Assembly: GCA_963555985.3 (NCBI GenBank) | Contig: OY820591.1 | Coordinates: 1,216,001 to 1,280,000, forward strand | DNA: 64,000 bases | Source of the DNA: Dehalococcoidia bacterium | GTDB lineage: Bacteria > Chloroflexota > Dehalococcoidia > Bin125 | Direction of reading: 5' to 3' | Part shown: positions 55,605 through 64,000 of the stretch, in pieces | Layout: each line of letters opens with the position of its first letter | Position numbering within the stretch: position 1 is the first letter of the stretch | Made by a program: the position numbers and the translations under genes | The notes under the pieces: model-generated | Seen by the model: only the letters and a program-made list of their open reading frames with translations | The model's database searches: none | What the model was told of the DNA's origin: nothing

Positions 55605-56636
55605 ATGACGACCCCGAAACTCAGCCAACTCGAAGAGGTGGATGTCCGCGAGATCTGGCCCGACGAAGCTCGCGACTTCACGCCCTGGCTAGCCGAGAAT
55701 CTGCCGACGCTGAGTGAAGCGCTCGCGCTGCGACTGGAACTGATCGGAAGCGAAGAGAGCGTCGGCGACTTCTCCGCAGACATCGTGGCGGAGGTTGACC
55801 AAGGGTTCGTCGTCATCGAAAACCAGCTAGCGAAGACCGATCACGGACATCTTGGTCAACTACTGACATATGCGGCAGGCAAGGAAGCACGAGTTTTGAT
55901 CTGGGTAACGCCGGAAATCCGCGAAGAGCACAGAGCCGCATTGGAGTGGTTGAATCGATTCACGCTCGACGAGATCGCGGTGTTCGGTGTCGAGGTGCGA
56001 GCAGTCAGAATCGGTGACTCGGATCCCGCGCCAGAATTTCGGCCGATCGTTGCTCCGAATGGCTGGCAGAGGCGGCAACAACGTCAGCGCCGGGCGACCA
56101 GCACGTCGCAGACGGATTGGGCTGGCAGTTATGGGGACCTGTACCAGGGGTTCTTTCAGCCTGTGATTGACGCGTTGCGAGACAAGGACCTCACGGACAG
56201 ACGGCGCTCGTACCGTTATTACACGCAGCATTTCCCCTCTCAGTCCGGATTGCCGAATGTTGAGTATGCACTGGCATTTCTCCCGCGAGAAGGCGGACTG
56301 GCAAGTGTGCACGCCTTCATTCGAACGAAAGGAGGAGTCAACAGTGAAGTAGTGTACGAATCCTTGGTAGCCGACAAAGAGCAGATCGAGAGAGCCTTGG
56401 GAGGTACGTGGAGTTGGGAGCCACGAAGCAACTGGTGTGCGGTCAGGATGATCCGCCCAGGTCACATTGTGGAGTCCCCACCTGATGATCTGGCGAACAT
56501 TCGGGACTGGATGATTGATCTGCTCCCGAAGTTCATGTCCGAGATCGAGCCCAGGTTGAGGACCGTTGCTCGGCAGCTAGACGCGGAAGATGCGGTGGGC
56601 GTTGAGAGTGGTCTGGGTGATGATGGTGCTGATTGA
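55605..56636 (+). CDS. DUF4268-type protein with N-terminal PD-(D/E)XK-like nuclease domain
   Basis: EARDFTPWLAEN, FSADI, VIENQL, DHGHLGQLLTYAAG; overlaps the tatD 3' end by 60 nt. Confidence 0.8.
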   Translation: MTTPKLSQLEEVDVREIWPDEARDFTPWLAENLPTLSEALALRLELIGSEESVGDFSADIVAEVDQGFVVIENQLAKTDHGHLGQLLTYAAGKEARVLIWVTPEIREEHRAALEWLNRFTLDEIAVFGVEVRAVRIGDSDPAPEFRPIVAPNGWQRRQQRQRRATSTSQTDWAGSYGDLYQGFFQPVIDALRDKDLTDRRRSYRYYTQHFPSQSGLPNVEYALAFLPREGGLASVHAFIRTKGGVNSEVVYESLVADKEQIERALGGTWSWEPRSNWCAVRMIRPGHIVESPPDDLANIRDWMIDLLPKFMSEIEPRLRTVARQLDAEDAVGVESGLGDDGAD

Positions 56637-57437
56637 TTCGCCTCGAACCTCGGCAATCTGCTCGGCCGTGTATCTGATGTTGGCGGGTTCGTTTCGTTTG
56701 CCCCGACGCGGCTGTGGACTCAAGTACGGGGCGTCCGTCTCCACGACGATCGCCTCCAACGGCAACGATGCTGCCGCTTCTCGGAGGGCTTCGTTCTTGG
56801 GATAGGTGATGGGGCCGGCGAAGGAGATTTGGAAGCCGAGGTTGTGGTAGCGGAGGGCGAGGTCGGCGTCTCCGGAGAAGCAGTGGATGACTCCGATTGG
56901 GTATTCGTGGGCCTGGGCGGACCCCCCTCTGTCCCCCGATCGAGTCGGGGGCAGGCTCCTACGGGGCATCTCCCCCCGCGGTGCGGGGGGAGAGTTGGAT
57001 CGAGCCCAATCCGCGAGCACCGCGTAGGTCTCTTCGTGGGCGTCTCTTGAGTGGATGACGACGGGGAGGTTGAGTTCGTCGGCGAGGGCGAGTTGGGCTT
57101 CGAAGGCTTTGTATTGGGCGTTGTGGGGGGAGAGGTTGCGGTAGAAATCGAGGCCGATTTCGCCGATGGCGACGACTTGCTCAGACTTGGCCCATTGTCG
57201 GAACTGGTCGGCGGTGGCTTCGTTCCAGTCCTTTGCGTCGTGGGGGTGGACTCCGAGGGTCGCCCAGACGTTGGGGTATTGTTCGGCGACGGCGAGCGCG
57301 TTGCGGCTGTCTTCGAGGGAACAGCCGATGGTGACGATTCGTTTCACGTCTGCTTCGGCTGCTCGCTCGAGGATGTCGGGCAGGTCGTTGCCGATCCAGG
57401 GATCGTGGAGGTGGGCGTGGGTGTCGAAGAGCGGCAT
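56577..57437 (-). CDS. tatD: TatD family nuclease with in-frame repeat insertion
   Basis: DTHAH, GVHPH, IGEIGLD, IHSRDA, IHCFSG, ETDAPYL. Confidence 0.95.
   Translation of the reverse strand: MPLFDTHAHLHDPWIGNDLPDILERAAEADVKRIVTIGCSLEDSRNALAVAEQYPNVWATLGVHPHDAKDWNEATADQFRQWAKSEQVVAIGEIGLDFYRNLSPHNAQYKAFEAQLALADELNLPVVIHSRDAHEETYAVLADWARSNSPPAPRGEMPRRSLPPTRSGDRGGSAQAHEYPIGVIHCFSGDADLALRYHNLGFQISFAGPITYPKNEALREAAASLPLEAIVVETDAPYLSPQPRRGKRNEPANIRYTAEQIAEVRGESISTIITQTTLNAHRIFRV
56919..56994. repeat. Hairpin repeat plus nested 24-nt module inside tatD
   Basis: Matches 36334-36386 with CCCGATCGAGTCGGGGGCAGGCTC inserted. Confidence 0.92.
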
Positions 57438-59105
57438 TTAGGTACCTAGGCGGGCTTCTTCTTCTTCGACGATGGAGGGGTCGAGTTTGCGGAAGAGGGG
57501 GGTGGGTTTCTGGATCGGGGTACCTGGACGGAGGGCGTGCATTTGCCAGCCGAGGTCGGCGATCTCGCCTTCGGCGTTGAGCATCTCGTGGAGGCGTTGG
57601 CAGCTGAAGGGGAGATAGGGAGCGAGCGCGGTGCGGAGGGCGGCGATTGTGCTGAGGGCGGTATAGAGGGAGCGTGCGGCGGCCTGGCGGTCGTTGCGGA
57701 CGGCGCGCCAGGGTTCGGTTTGGTCGAGGTAGCGGTTGGTCTCTTGGGCGAGGGCGAACGCCTGCTGGATGCCCTGGCGCAGGTGAACGGCTTCGATTGA
57801 CTGTCCGACTTGTTCGAGTCCGGATTGAGCGCGATCGAGCATTCGCGTGGCGTCGCGGTCTAGGGGGCCGGGTTCGGGTACCTGGCCGTCGAAGTGGCGG
57901 TTGATTAAGGAGAGCACGCGGTTGACGAGGTTGCCCCAGGTGGCGACCAGTTCGTCGTTGTTGCGACGCAGGAATTCGCCCCAGCTGAAGTCGCTGTCGG
58001 CGGTTTCGGGCATTTGGGCGGCGAGCGCGTAGCGGAGCGGGTCGGGGTCGTAGCGGGTGAGGTAGTCGTTGACCCAGACGGCCCAGCGCTGGGAGGTGCT
58101 GGCCTTGCTCCCGCTCATGGTGATGTACTGATTGGCGGGCACGTCATAGGGGAGGCTGTAGCCGCTCGCGCCGAGCAGGATGGCGGGCCAGATGATGGTG
58201 TGGAAGGGGACGTTGTCCTTGCCGATGAAGTTGTAGATGCGGGCGTCGTCGGACTGCCAGAAGTCGCGCCAGGCGTCGGGGTTGCCGTTGGTCTGCGCCC
58301 ACTCCACGGTTGCGGAGAGATAGCCGATCACGGCCTCGAACCAGACGTAGATGCGCTTGTCGTCCCAGCCGTCGAGCGGGACGGGGACGCCCCAGTCGAT
58401 GTCGCGGGTGATGGCGCGGTCTTGCAGACCCTCGCGCAGCATCCCGCGCGAGAAGTTGATCACGTGCGTGCGCCAGAAGTCCTTGCCGTCGTCAAGCCAC
58501 TCACGCAGCGGCTCTTCAAAGGCGGTGAGGCGCAGGAAGTAGTGCTCGCTCGAACGCAGTTCGGGCGTTGCGCCGGTGTTGCGCGAGCGTGGGTTGATCA
58601 GGTCTACGGCGTCAAGCTGGCGGCCGCAGGCGTCGCACTGGTCGCCGCGCGCCTTGGGGTCGTGGCAATGGGGGCATTCACCCTCGATGTAGCGGTCCGG
58701 GAGGAACCGCCTTGCGGCGGGGTCGTAGAAGAGGTCCTGAGTTTGGACGTAGAGGTAGTCGTGCTCGAGGAGGGCGTTGAAGAGACCGTGGGCGACATCG
58801 CGGTGGTTGTCGGTCATGGTCGTGGTGAAGGTGTCGAAGGAGATGCCCATGCCTTGCCAGGTGTCGAGGATGGACTGGTGGTACTGCTCGACGACTTCCA
58901 AGGGGGTGCGGTTCTCGTCCTCGGCGCGGACGGTGATCGGAGTGCCGTGCGCATCGGAGCCGGAGACCATGGCGACGCGGTTGCCGCGGATGCGGTGATA
59001 GCGGGCGAAGATGTCGGCGGGCAGGTAGGCGCCGCCGAGTTGTCCGTGGTGGATGGGGCCGTTGGCGTAGGGCCAGGCGACGCAGACGAGGATGTTTTCA
59101 GTCAC
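57438..59105 (-). CDS. metG: Methionine--tRNA ligase
   Basis: AWPYANG.IH.G, SGSDAHG, zinc knuckles, YVWFEA, IGKDN, KASTS. Confidence 0.97.
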   Translation of the reverse strand: MTENILVCVAWPYANGPIHHGQLGGAYLPADIFARYHRIRGNRVAMVSGSDAHGTPITVRAEDENRTPLEVVEQYHQSILDTWQGMGISFDTFTTTMTDNHRDVAHGLFNALLEHDYLYVQTQDLFYDPAARRFLPDRYIEGECPHCHDPKARGDQCDACGRQLDAVDLINPRSRNTGATPELRSSEHYFLRLTAFEEPLREWLDDGKDFWRTHVINFSRGMLREGLQDRAITRDIDWGVPVPLDGWDDKRIYVWFEAVIGYLSATVEWAQTNGNPDAWRDFWQSDDARIYNFIGKDNVPFHTIIWPAILLGASGYSLPYDVPANQYITMSGSKASTSQRWAVWVNDYLTRYDPDPLRYALAAQMPETADSDFSWGEFLRRNNDELVATWGNLVNRVLSLINRHFDGQVPEPGPLDRDATRMLDRAQSGLEQVGQSIEAVHLRQGIQQAFALAQETNRYLDQTEPWRAVRNDRQAAARSLYTALSTIAALRTALAPYLPFSCQRLHEMLNAEGEIADLGWQMHALRPGTPIQKPTPLFRKLDPSIVEEEEARLGT

Positions 59106-59134
59106 CGCAGCGCTCCTCGGTGTTTCGCGGTGTT

Positions 59135-60016
59135 CTAGTTAGGGTAATCGTGTTCGGCGTTTGCGCTGTCATGTGTTGGCCAGAGCCGGTAGACATCGCG
59201 GCGCGGACGCCCGGAAGCCTGCGCGACGGCGCGGGCGGCGGCCGCCCGCGAGAGTCCGCGTTCCGCTTCCGTCTTGAGCGCGGCGGCGATCTGTTCGTCG
59301 CTCCAGGGCTCGGGCTCGGACGCTGCCGGTGAGATCAGGAGCGTGAATTCTCCGCGCGGTTCGGGGAATGCTCGAGCCGCGTCGGCGGCGCGGCCTCTCC
59401 AGACCTGCTCGTGGAGCTTGGTCAGTTCGCGTCCGATCACAAGCTGCGCGTCCGGCATCAGCGCGGCGATCTCGGAGAGCGTGTTGCTGAGTCGGTGCGG
59501 GGACTCGAAGCAGAGAGTGGGATGGTCAAGCGCGGCGATCTCGCTGAGCGCGGTACGCCGCGCGCCGGCTCGACGAGGCAGGAACCCGCGCAGCCAGACG
59601 GCTACGTGATCGATCCCGCTGACCGACCAGAGCGCGATCGCTGAGGCTGGGCCGGGGATTGGGACGGCTCGAATGTCAGCCTCCGCTGCGGCTGCGACCA
59701 GATGCCGGCCCGGATCGGAGACGCCCGGGGTGCCTGCGTCGCAGATGAGGGCGACGGAGTCTCCGTTCAGCAGACGTTCGACCAGGCGCGCCGGATCGCC
59801 GCCGTGGTCGTGATACGGCTCGACCGGCGTGGAGATCTCGAAGTGGGTCAGCAGCAGGCGAGCAGGTGGAACATGCTCGGCGGCGATCAGGTCTACCTCT
59901 CGCAGCGTGCGCAGGGCGCGGTAGCTGATGTCTTCGAGGTTGCCGATCGGGGTCGCCACTACATAAAGCGAGCCGGGGTTCTGAGGGGTTCGGCGAATGT
60001 CTGGTCGTGCGGGCAC
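59135..60016 (-). CDS. rsmI: 16S rRNA (C1402-2'-O)-methyltransferase
   Basis: LYVVATPIGNLEDIS, DAGTPGVSDPG, ESPHR, RELTKLHE, RGEF. Confidence 0.95.
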   Translation of the reverse strand: MPARPDIRRTPQNPGSLYVVATPIGNLEDISYRALRTLREVDLIAAEHVPPARLLLTHFEISTPVEPYHDHGGDPARLVERLLNGDSVALICDAGTPGVSDPGRHLVAAAAEADIRAVPIPGPASAIALWSVSGIDHVAVWLRGFLPRRAGARRTALSEIAALDHPTLCFESPHRLSNTLSEIAALMPDAQLVIGRELTKLHEQVWRGRAADAARAFPEPRGEFTLLISPAASEPEPWSDEQIAAALKTEAERGLSRAAAARAVAQASGRPRRDVYRLWPTHDSANAEHDYPN

Positions 60017-60153
60017 AATCGCAGCATAGGCGGGAGGGAATGCCGCTCAGTGAGGACGCTGTTGTGTCTTGGACAACGCACGGCCGGGGGTCGGCAACAA
60101 TTCGGCGGGTGATCACGCGGGCGCTCTCGGCTATCGTTCGGTTTCATACAGGA

Positions 60154-60292
60154 CTTGCGGAATGGGTGGTCGGACACGTGTCACGTCCCCGTCGCCTAGC
60201 CCACGTACTTGGCAAACAGCGCGGCTTGACGCCGCGCTGTCGCGTTTAAGCGCCTTTTGCGCCTGCGTGACGCCGCGCCGACCCACCGCAAG
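60154..60292 (+). ncRNA. Candidate structured 5' leader RNA of guaB3
   Basis: CTTGCGG (60154-60160) pairs with CCGCAAG (60286-60292); 60163-60173 pairs with CCGACCCA; perfect 10-bp inner hairpin 60216-60240. Confidence 0.45.
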
Positions 60293-60315
60293 ACGCCGCG
60301 CACGGAGGAGCCGCC

Positions 60316-61503
60316 ATGACCACGCTGACCGAGACCAGCCCGTTCGCCCAGGTATCCGGCTATTCCGCGCCTCCACAGCGCAAACAACTCTCCGAGGCCT
60401 ACGGCTTCGACGATGTGGCGATCGTGCCCGGCGTGTTGACGATCAACCCCGAAGTCACCGACGTTCGCAGCGAACTGGCGGGGCAGACGCTGGAGATTCC
60501 GATCCTGGCCTCGGCGATGGACGCGGTTGTTGATCCGCATTTCGCGGTCGAGGTTGGCCGTCGCGGGGGGCTGGCGGTGCTCAATCTCGAGGGTTTGCAA
60601 TGCCGCTTTGAGAATCCGGCGGAGGTGTTGGAGCAGGTCGCGGCGACGGACACGGAAAGCGCTACGGAGATTTTGCAGCGGGCCTACACCAGCCCGATTC
60701 GGGAAGAGCTGATCGGGCGGCGCGTCGAAGAGATCAAGGACGGCGGGGTGGCGGCGGCGGTCTCGGTGACGCCGCCGAATGCGAAGCGGCTCGCGCCCGC
60801 GATCAAGGACGCGGCGCCGGACGTGTTCGTGGTTCAATCGACGGTGACGACGGCGCGCCACATCTCCCGCTCGGAGCGGGGCCTGATCTTGCACGAGCTG
60901 ATTCGGGAGATGGAGATCCCGACGCTGGTGGGCAACACGGTCGGATTCGAGGCGTCGTTGGAGCTGATGGAGGAAGGGATTGCCGGTCTGCTGGTTGGAG
61001 TGGGGCCGGGGGCGGCGTGCACGTCGCGCGAGGTCTTGGGGATCGGCGTGCCGCAGGTGTCGGCGACGATTGAGTGCGCCTATGCGCGCGACGTGTACTA
61101 CGAGCGGACGGGCCGGTACGTGCCGATCATCACCGACGGCGGGATTCGGACCGGGGGCGATTTCTGCAAGTCGTTTGTGGCGGGCGCGGACGCGGTGATG
61201 ATCGGCTCGCCGTTTGCCGGGGCGTTGGAGGCGCCCGGGCGCGGATTCCACTGGGGGATGGCGACGCCGCACGCGGAGTTGCCGCGCGGGGTGCGCGTAC
61301 ACGTCGGTCAGCACACGACGCTGGATCGGCTGCTGTTCGGGCCGACGTCGCGGACGGACGGGACGGAGAACCTGATCGGGGCGCTGCGGACGTGTATGGG
61401 CAGCGTGGGCGCGCAGACGCTGCGTGAGTTGCATCAGGCGGAGATGGTGATCGCGCCGGCGATCAAGACCGAGGGCAAGCGGTATCAGATGATGCGGGAT
61501 TAG
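60316..61503 (+). CDS. guaB: GuaB3-family IMP dehydrogenase-related protein
   Basis: YGFDDVAIVP, ASAMD, GVGPGAACTSREVLG, DGG, HWGMA; no CBS pair. Confidence 0.88.
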   Translation: MTTLTETSPFAQVSGYSAPPQRKQLSEAYGFDDVAIVPGVLTINPEVTDVRSELAGQTLEIPILASAMDAVVDPHFAVEVGRRGGLAVLNLEGLQCRFENPAEVLEQVAATDTESATEILQRAYTSPIREELIGRRVEEIKDGGVAAAVSVTPPNAKRLAPAIKDAAPDVFVVQSTVTTARHISRSERGLILHELIREMEIPTLVGNTVGFEASLELMEEGIAGLLVGVGPGAACTSREVLGIGVPQVSATIECAYARDVYYERTGRYVPIITDGGIRTGGDFCKSFVAGADAVMIGSPFAGALEAPGRGFHWGMATPHAELPRGVRVHVGQHTTLDRLLFGPTSRTDGTENLIGALRTCMGSVGAQTLRELHQAEMVIAPAIKTEGKRYQMMRD

Positions 61504-61512
61504 TCACAAGAA

Positions 61513-61608
61513 CTCCGCCATTGCAGCGCTCCGCCGCGGCAATCCCGACGTGATTGGCACGATGGCACCGGACTCATCGAGATACCCGCGGCGAGCGCGG
61601 GTATGACG
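61513..61608. repeat. REPIN-like inverted REP doublet between convergent genes
   Basis: CTCCGCCATTGCAGC..GCGGCAATC - spacer - CGAGATACCCGCGGCGAGCGCGGGTATGACG. Confidence 0.85.
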
Positions 61609-61617
61609 ATCTCAGAG

Positions 61618-62778
61618 TCAGAGCGCTTCGTAGAACAGGTCCAGCAAGCGCCTCGTGTGGCGGTGTTGCCAACCGCCTCGGCCTTGATTCATGACGTAGC
61701 CCCAGCCGATGCGGGCGTCGGGGTCGGCGAAGGCGAGGGAGCCTCCGCCGCCGAAGTGTCCGAAGGTTCGCGGGTTGGGGCCGAGCGGGCGCTCGGTCAT
61801 GGTGAGTTGGAAGCCGCTGGCGAAGCGGGTGCGGCGACCGAGTACGCGGTCGATGCCGTAGACCTGCTCGGCTGAGGCGGCGGCGGTGACGGCCGGATCG
61901 AGGACGTGAACGCCGTCCACGAGGCCGTCGGCGGCGAGCGCTCCGAAGAGGCGGGCTAGTCCCCGCGCCGCGCCGTGACCGGTCGTGGAGGGGAACTCGG
62001 CGGCGCGGTACTCGCGCGTGTTCTGCCAGCCGGGGCTTGACTGGATCGGGGGCGGGTTGCGCCCGCCGAGCGTTTGCAGCGGGTTGGGCGGGGCGCGGCG
62101 GAAGTCGGGCGGCTGCTGGATCGGGAGGATGTCGGCGGTTCGGGCGTCGTGCTCCGGTTTGGTGCCGAAGTGGAAGTCGAGGTTGATTGGCTCGCTGAGA
62201 TCGGATTGGAGATGTTGGCCGATCGAGTTGCCGGTGATGCGCCGGATCACCTCGCCGACCAGGAATCCCTGGGTGTTGGAGTGGTAGCCGTGTTGTGTGC
62301 CCGGCGGCCACCACGGTTCCTGGGCGGCCAGCGCGCCGGTCATCAGCTCCCAGTCGAGAGTCGCGCCGCGCGGCAGCGGTCGGCGGATTGCGGCGAGTCC
62401 GGCCTGGTGCGTGAGCAGCCAGCGGACGGGGATGCCGGCCTTGCCGTTCTGGGCGAATTCGGGCCAGTAGTGGGCGACGCGCTGGTCCAGATCGAGCTCG
62501 CCGCGTTCGACCATTCGCCAGGCGAGGATCGCGCAGATCGCTTTGCCTACCGAGTAGCAGCAGACGATCGTGTCTTCGGCCCAGGGTTTGGTGTGAGCCG
62601 CGTCCATCCAGCCGCCCCAGAGGTCGATCACGAGCTCGCCGTTGAGCGTGACAGCGAGGGCTGCGCCGTTCTCGGATTCGTCGACGAAGTTCTGTTGGAA
62701 CTGTTCGCGGACGGCCTGGAAGCGGGGATCGCAGTAGCCCTGTACGGGGGCGTCGGCGGGGGAGGGTCGATCGTCCAC
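61618..62778 (-). CDS. Serine hydrolase, beta-lactamase family (EstA-like esterase)
   Basis: SVGK (SxxK), LLTHQAGL, HGYH, FGHFGGGGS. Confidence 0.92.
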   Translation of the reverse strand: MDDRPSPADAPVQGYCDPRFQAVREQFQQNFVDESENGAALAVTLNGELVIDLWGGWMDAAHTKPWAEDTIVCCYSVGKAICAILAWRMVERGELDLDQRVAHYWPEFAQNGKAGIPVRWLLTHQAGLAAIRRPLPRGATLDWELMTGALAAQEPWWPPGTQHGYHSNTQGFLVGEVIRRITGNSIGQHLQSDLSEPINLDFHFGTKPEHDARTADILPIQQPPDFRRAPPNPLQTLGGRNPPPIQSSPGWQNTREYRAAEFPSTTGHGAARGLARLFGALAADGLVDGVHVLDPAVTAAASAEQVYGIDRVLGRRTRFASGFQLTMTERPLGPNPRTFGHFGGGGSLAFADPDARIGWGYVMNQGRGGWQHRHTRRLLDLFYEAL

Positions 62779-63707
62779 GGGTCAGCCCGCCACGATGCGG
62801 ACGGCGCGGGGTTGTTCGCTGATGTCGGCGAGGATGCTGACCTCGGCGTCGGGAAGGATCGATCTCCAAGATCGCCAGACCGTTCGCGTGCAAGCGCGAG
62901 GGCAGTTTCCTCGGGGAGGAGCTGTTTGGCGGCGGCGGCGACGGTTTCCTCTTGGCCGGGATCGATCTCCAAGATCGCCAGACCGTTCGCGTGCAAGCGC
63001 GAGGGCAGTTGCGTAATCAGCCGCAGCAGCAACTCGGTGCCGCTGGTGCCTGGGGTCAGGGCGACGTGCGGCTCGTGGTCGGCGACTTCGGGTTCGAGTT
63101 CGGGCAGGCGGTCTTCGGGGATGTAGGGCAGATTGGCGACCACGCAGTGAAACGGTCCGGGCAGCGGCGTGAGCAGATCGCCTTGTACGAACGCGACTTT
63201 GGGGCGGCGGAGCAGTCGGAGCGCGTTTTCGCGGGCGACGAGGAGGGCGTCGCGGGAGACATCGGCGCAGATCAGATCGATGCCCCGGCGGTGCTTCGCC
63301 AGGGCGATGCCGATCGCGCCCGATCCGGCGCCGACATCGGCGACTTGGGCGCTGCGAATGCGCGCGCGGCGCAGGTGATCGAGCGCGGTGTCGACCAGGA
63401 GCTCGGTTTCGGGGCGCGGGATCAGGACATCCGGGGTGACGCGAAATTCGAGCCGGTAGAACTCGCGCGTGCCGGTGATGTAGGCAAGCGGGGTGCGCCC
63501 GCTGCGTTCGCCGAGCGCCCGCTCAAAGCGGGCTAGAGCGGCGGCGTCGATCGTATCGGTGAGCGATGCGTAGAGCTGCGCGCGGGTGAGTTCGGTGGCG
63601 TGGCGCAGCAGCACCTCGGCCTCAAAGCGGGCGTCGGCAATTCCGGCCGCCTCCAGCTGCGCTGCCGCTTCGAGCCAGACATCGCGCAGGATGCGGGTCT
63701 CGCTCAT
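62628..63707 (-). CDS. prmC: Release factor glutamine methyltransferase; as assembled the 3' end is frameshifted (native stop probably 62782-62784)
   Basis: [30 protein letters not shown]; 62-nt insertion shifts the C-terminus. Confidence 0.9.
   Translation of the reverse strand: MSETRILRDVWLEAAAQLEAAGIADARFEAEVLLRHATELTRAQLYASLTDTIDAAALARFERALGERSGRTPLAYITGTREFYRLEFRVTPDVLIPRPETELLVDTALDHLRRARIRSAQVADVGAGSGAIGIALAKHRRGIDLICADVSRDALLVARENALRLLRRPKVAFVQGDLLTPLPGPFHCVVANLPYIPEDRLPELEPEVADHEPHVALTPGTSGTELLLRLITQLPSRLHANGLAILEIDPGQEETVAAAAKQLLPEETALALARERSGDLGDRSFPTPRSASSPTSANNPAPSASWRADPWTIDPPPPTPPYRATAIPASRPSANSSNRTSSTNPRTAQPSLSRSTASS
62856..63010. repeat. Exact 52-nt direct duplication within prmC
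   Basis: 62856-62907 = 62959-63010. Confidence 0.95.
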
Positions 63708-64000
63708 GCCGGAGCCTCGGCGAGTAAGCGCGCTTCCTCTGCTGTTGCGGCAGCGTCGATCAGCGGATCGAGGTTGCCGTCAAGCATTCCGTCCAGGTCG
63801 TGACGGGTGAGGCCGATGCGGTGATCGGTGATGCGGTTTTCGGGGAAGTTGTAGGTGCGGATCTTCTCGGCGCGGCTGCCGGATCCGACCTGCGAGCGGC
63901 GGAAGTCGGCGCGTTCCTGTTCGGCGGCGATGCGTTGCTGCTCGTAGAGGCGAGCACGCAGCACCGAGGTCGCTTTCAGCTTGTTCTTGAGCTGCGAGCG
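63704..64000 (-). CDS. prfA: Peptide chain release factor 1 (C-terminal part; gene begins beyond the window)
   Basis: [26 protein letters not shown]; directly upstream of prmC. Confidence 0.95.
   Translation of the reverse strand, partial: RSQLKNKLKATSVLRARLYEQQRIAAEQERADFRRSQVGSGSRAEKIRTYNFPENRITDHRIGLTRHDLDGMLDGNLDPLIDAAATAEEARLLAEAPA

Overview
High-GC bacterial chromosome segment. The gene complement (GuaB3-type IMPDH homologue, F420-type LLM oxidoreductases, EFG-less nuo operon, cdaA-cdaR-der-plsY-gpsA, dnaX-ybaB-recR-recO) suggests Chloroflexota, probably Dehalococcoidia; this is inference. It holds about 57 CDSs, two tRNAs (Ser-TGA, Leu-TAA), and no rRNA, CRISPR array or transposase. 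Main points of interest: (1) two paralogous orphan HTH genes, each with a -10 element followed by a LexA-like GAAC-N4-GT box, each embedded in nested palindromic repeats and in strongly G+T-skewed DNA; (2) three families of short palindromic repeats, including a 24-nt module that sits inside the other repeats, and copies translated in frame inside tatD, nuoC and one HTH gene; (3) a complex-I-like operon (A-C-D-H-J-K-orf64-L-M-N) lacking every Fe-S subunit (nuoB, nuoI, nuoEFG); (4) a UGSC selenoprotein split by the ORF caller at an in-frame TGA with a SECIS-like hairpin; (5) a MoaD/ThiS ubiquitin-like domain fused through its GG motif to a BNR beta-propeller; (6) a structured leader upstream of guaB3; (7) a >1100-aa Tat-exported protein at the left edge that the ORF track misses; (8) a 62-nt duplication frameshifting prmC. 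All family assignments come from motif recognition by eye; no database search was run.
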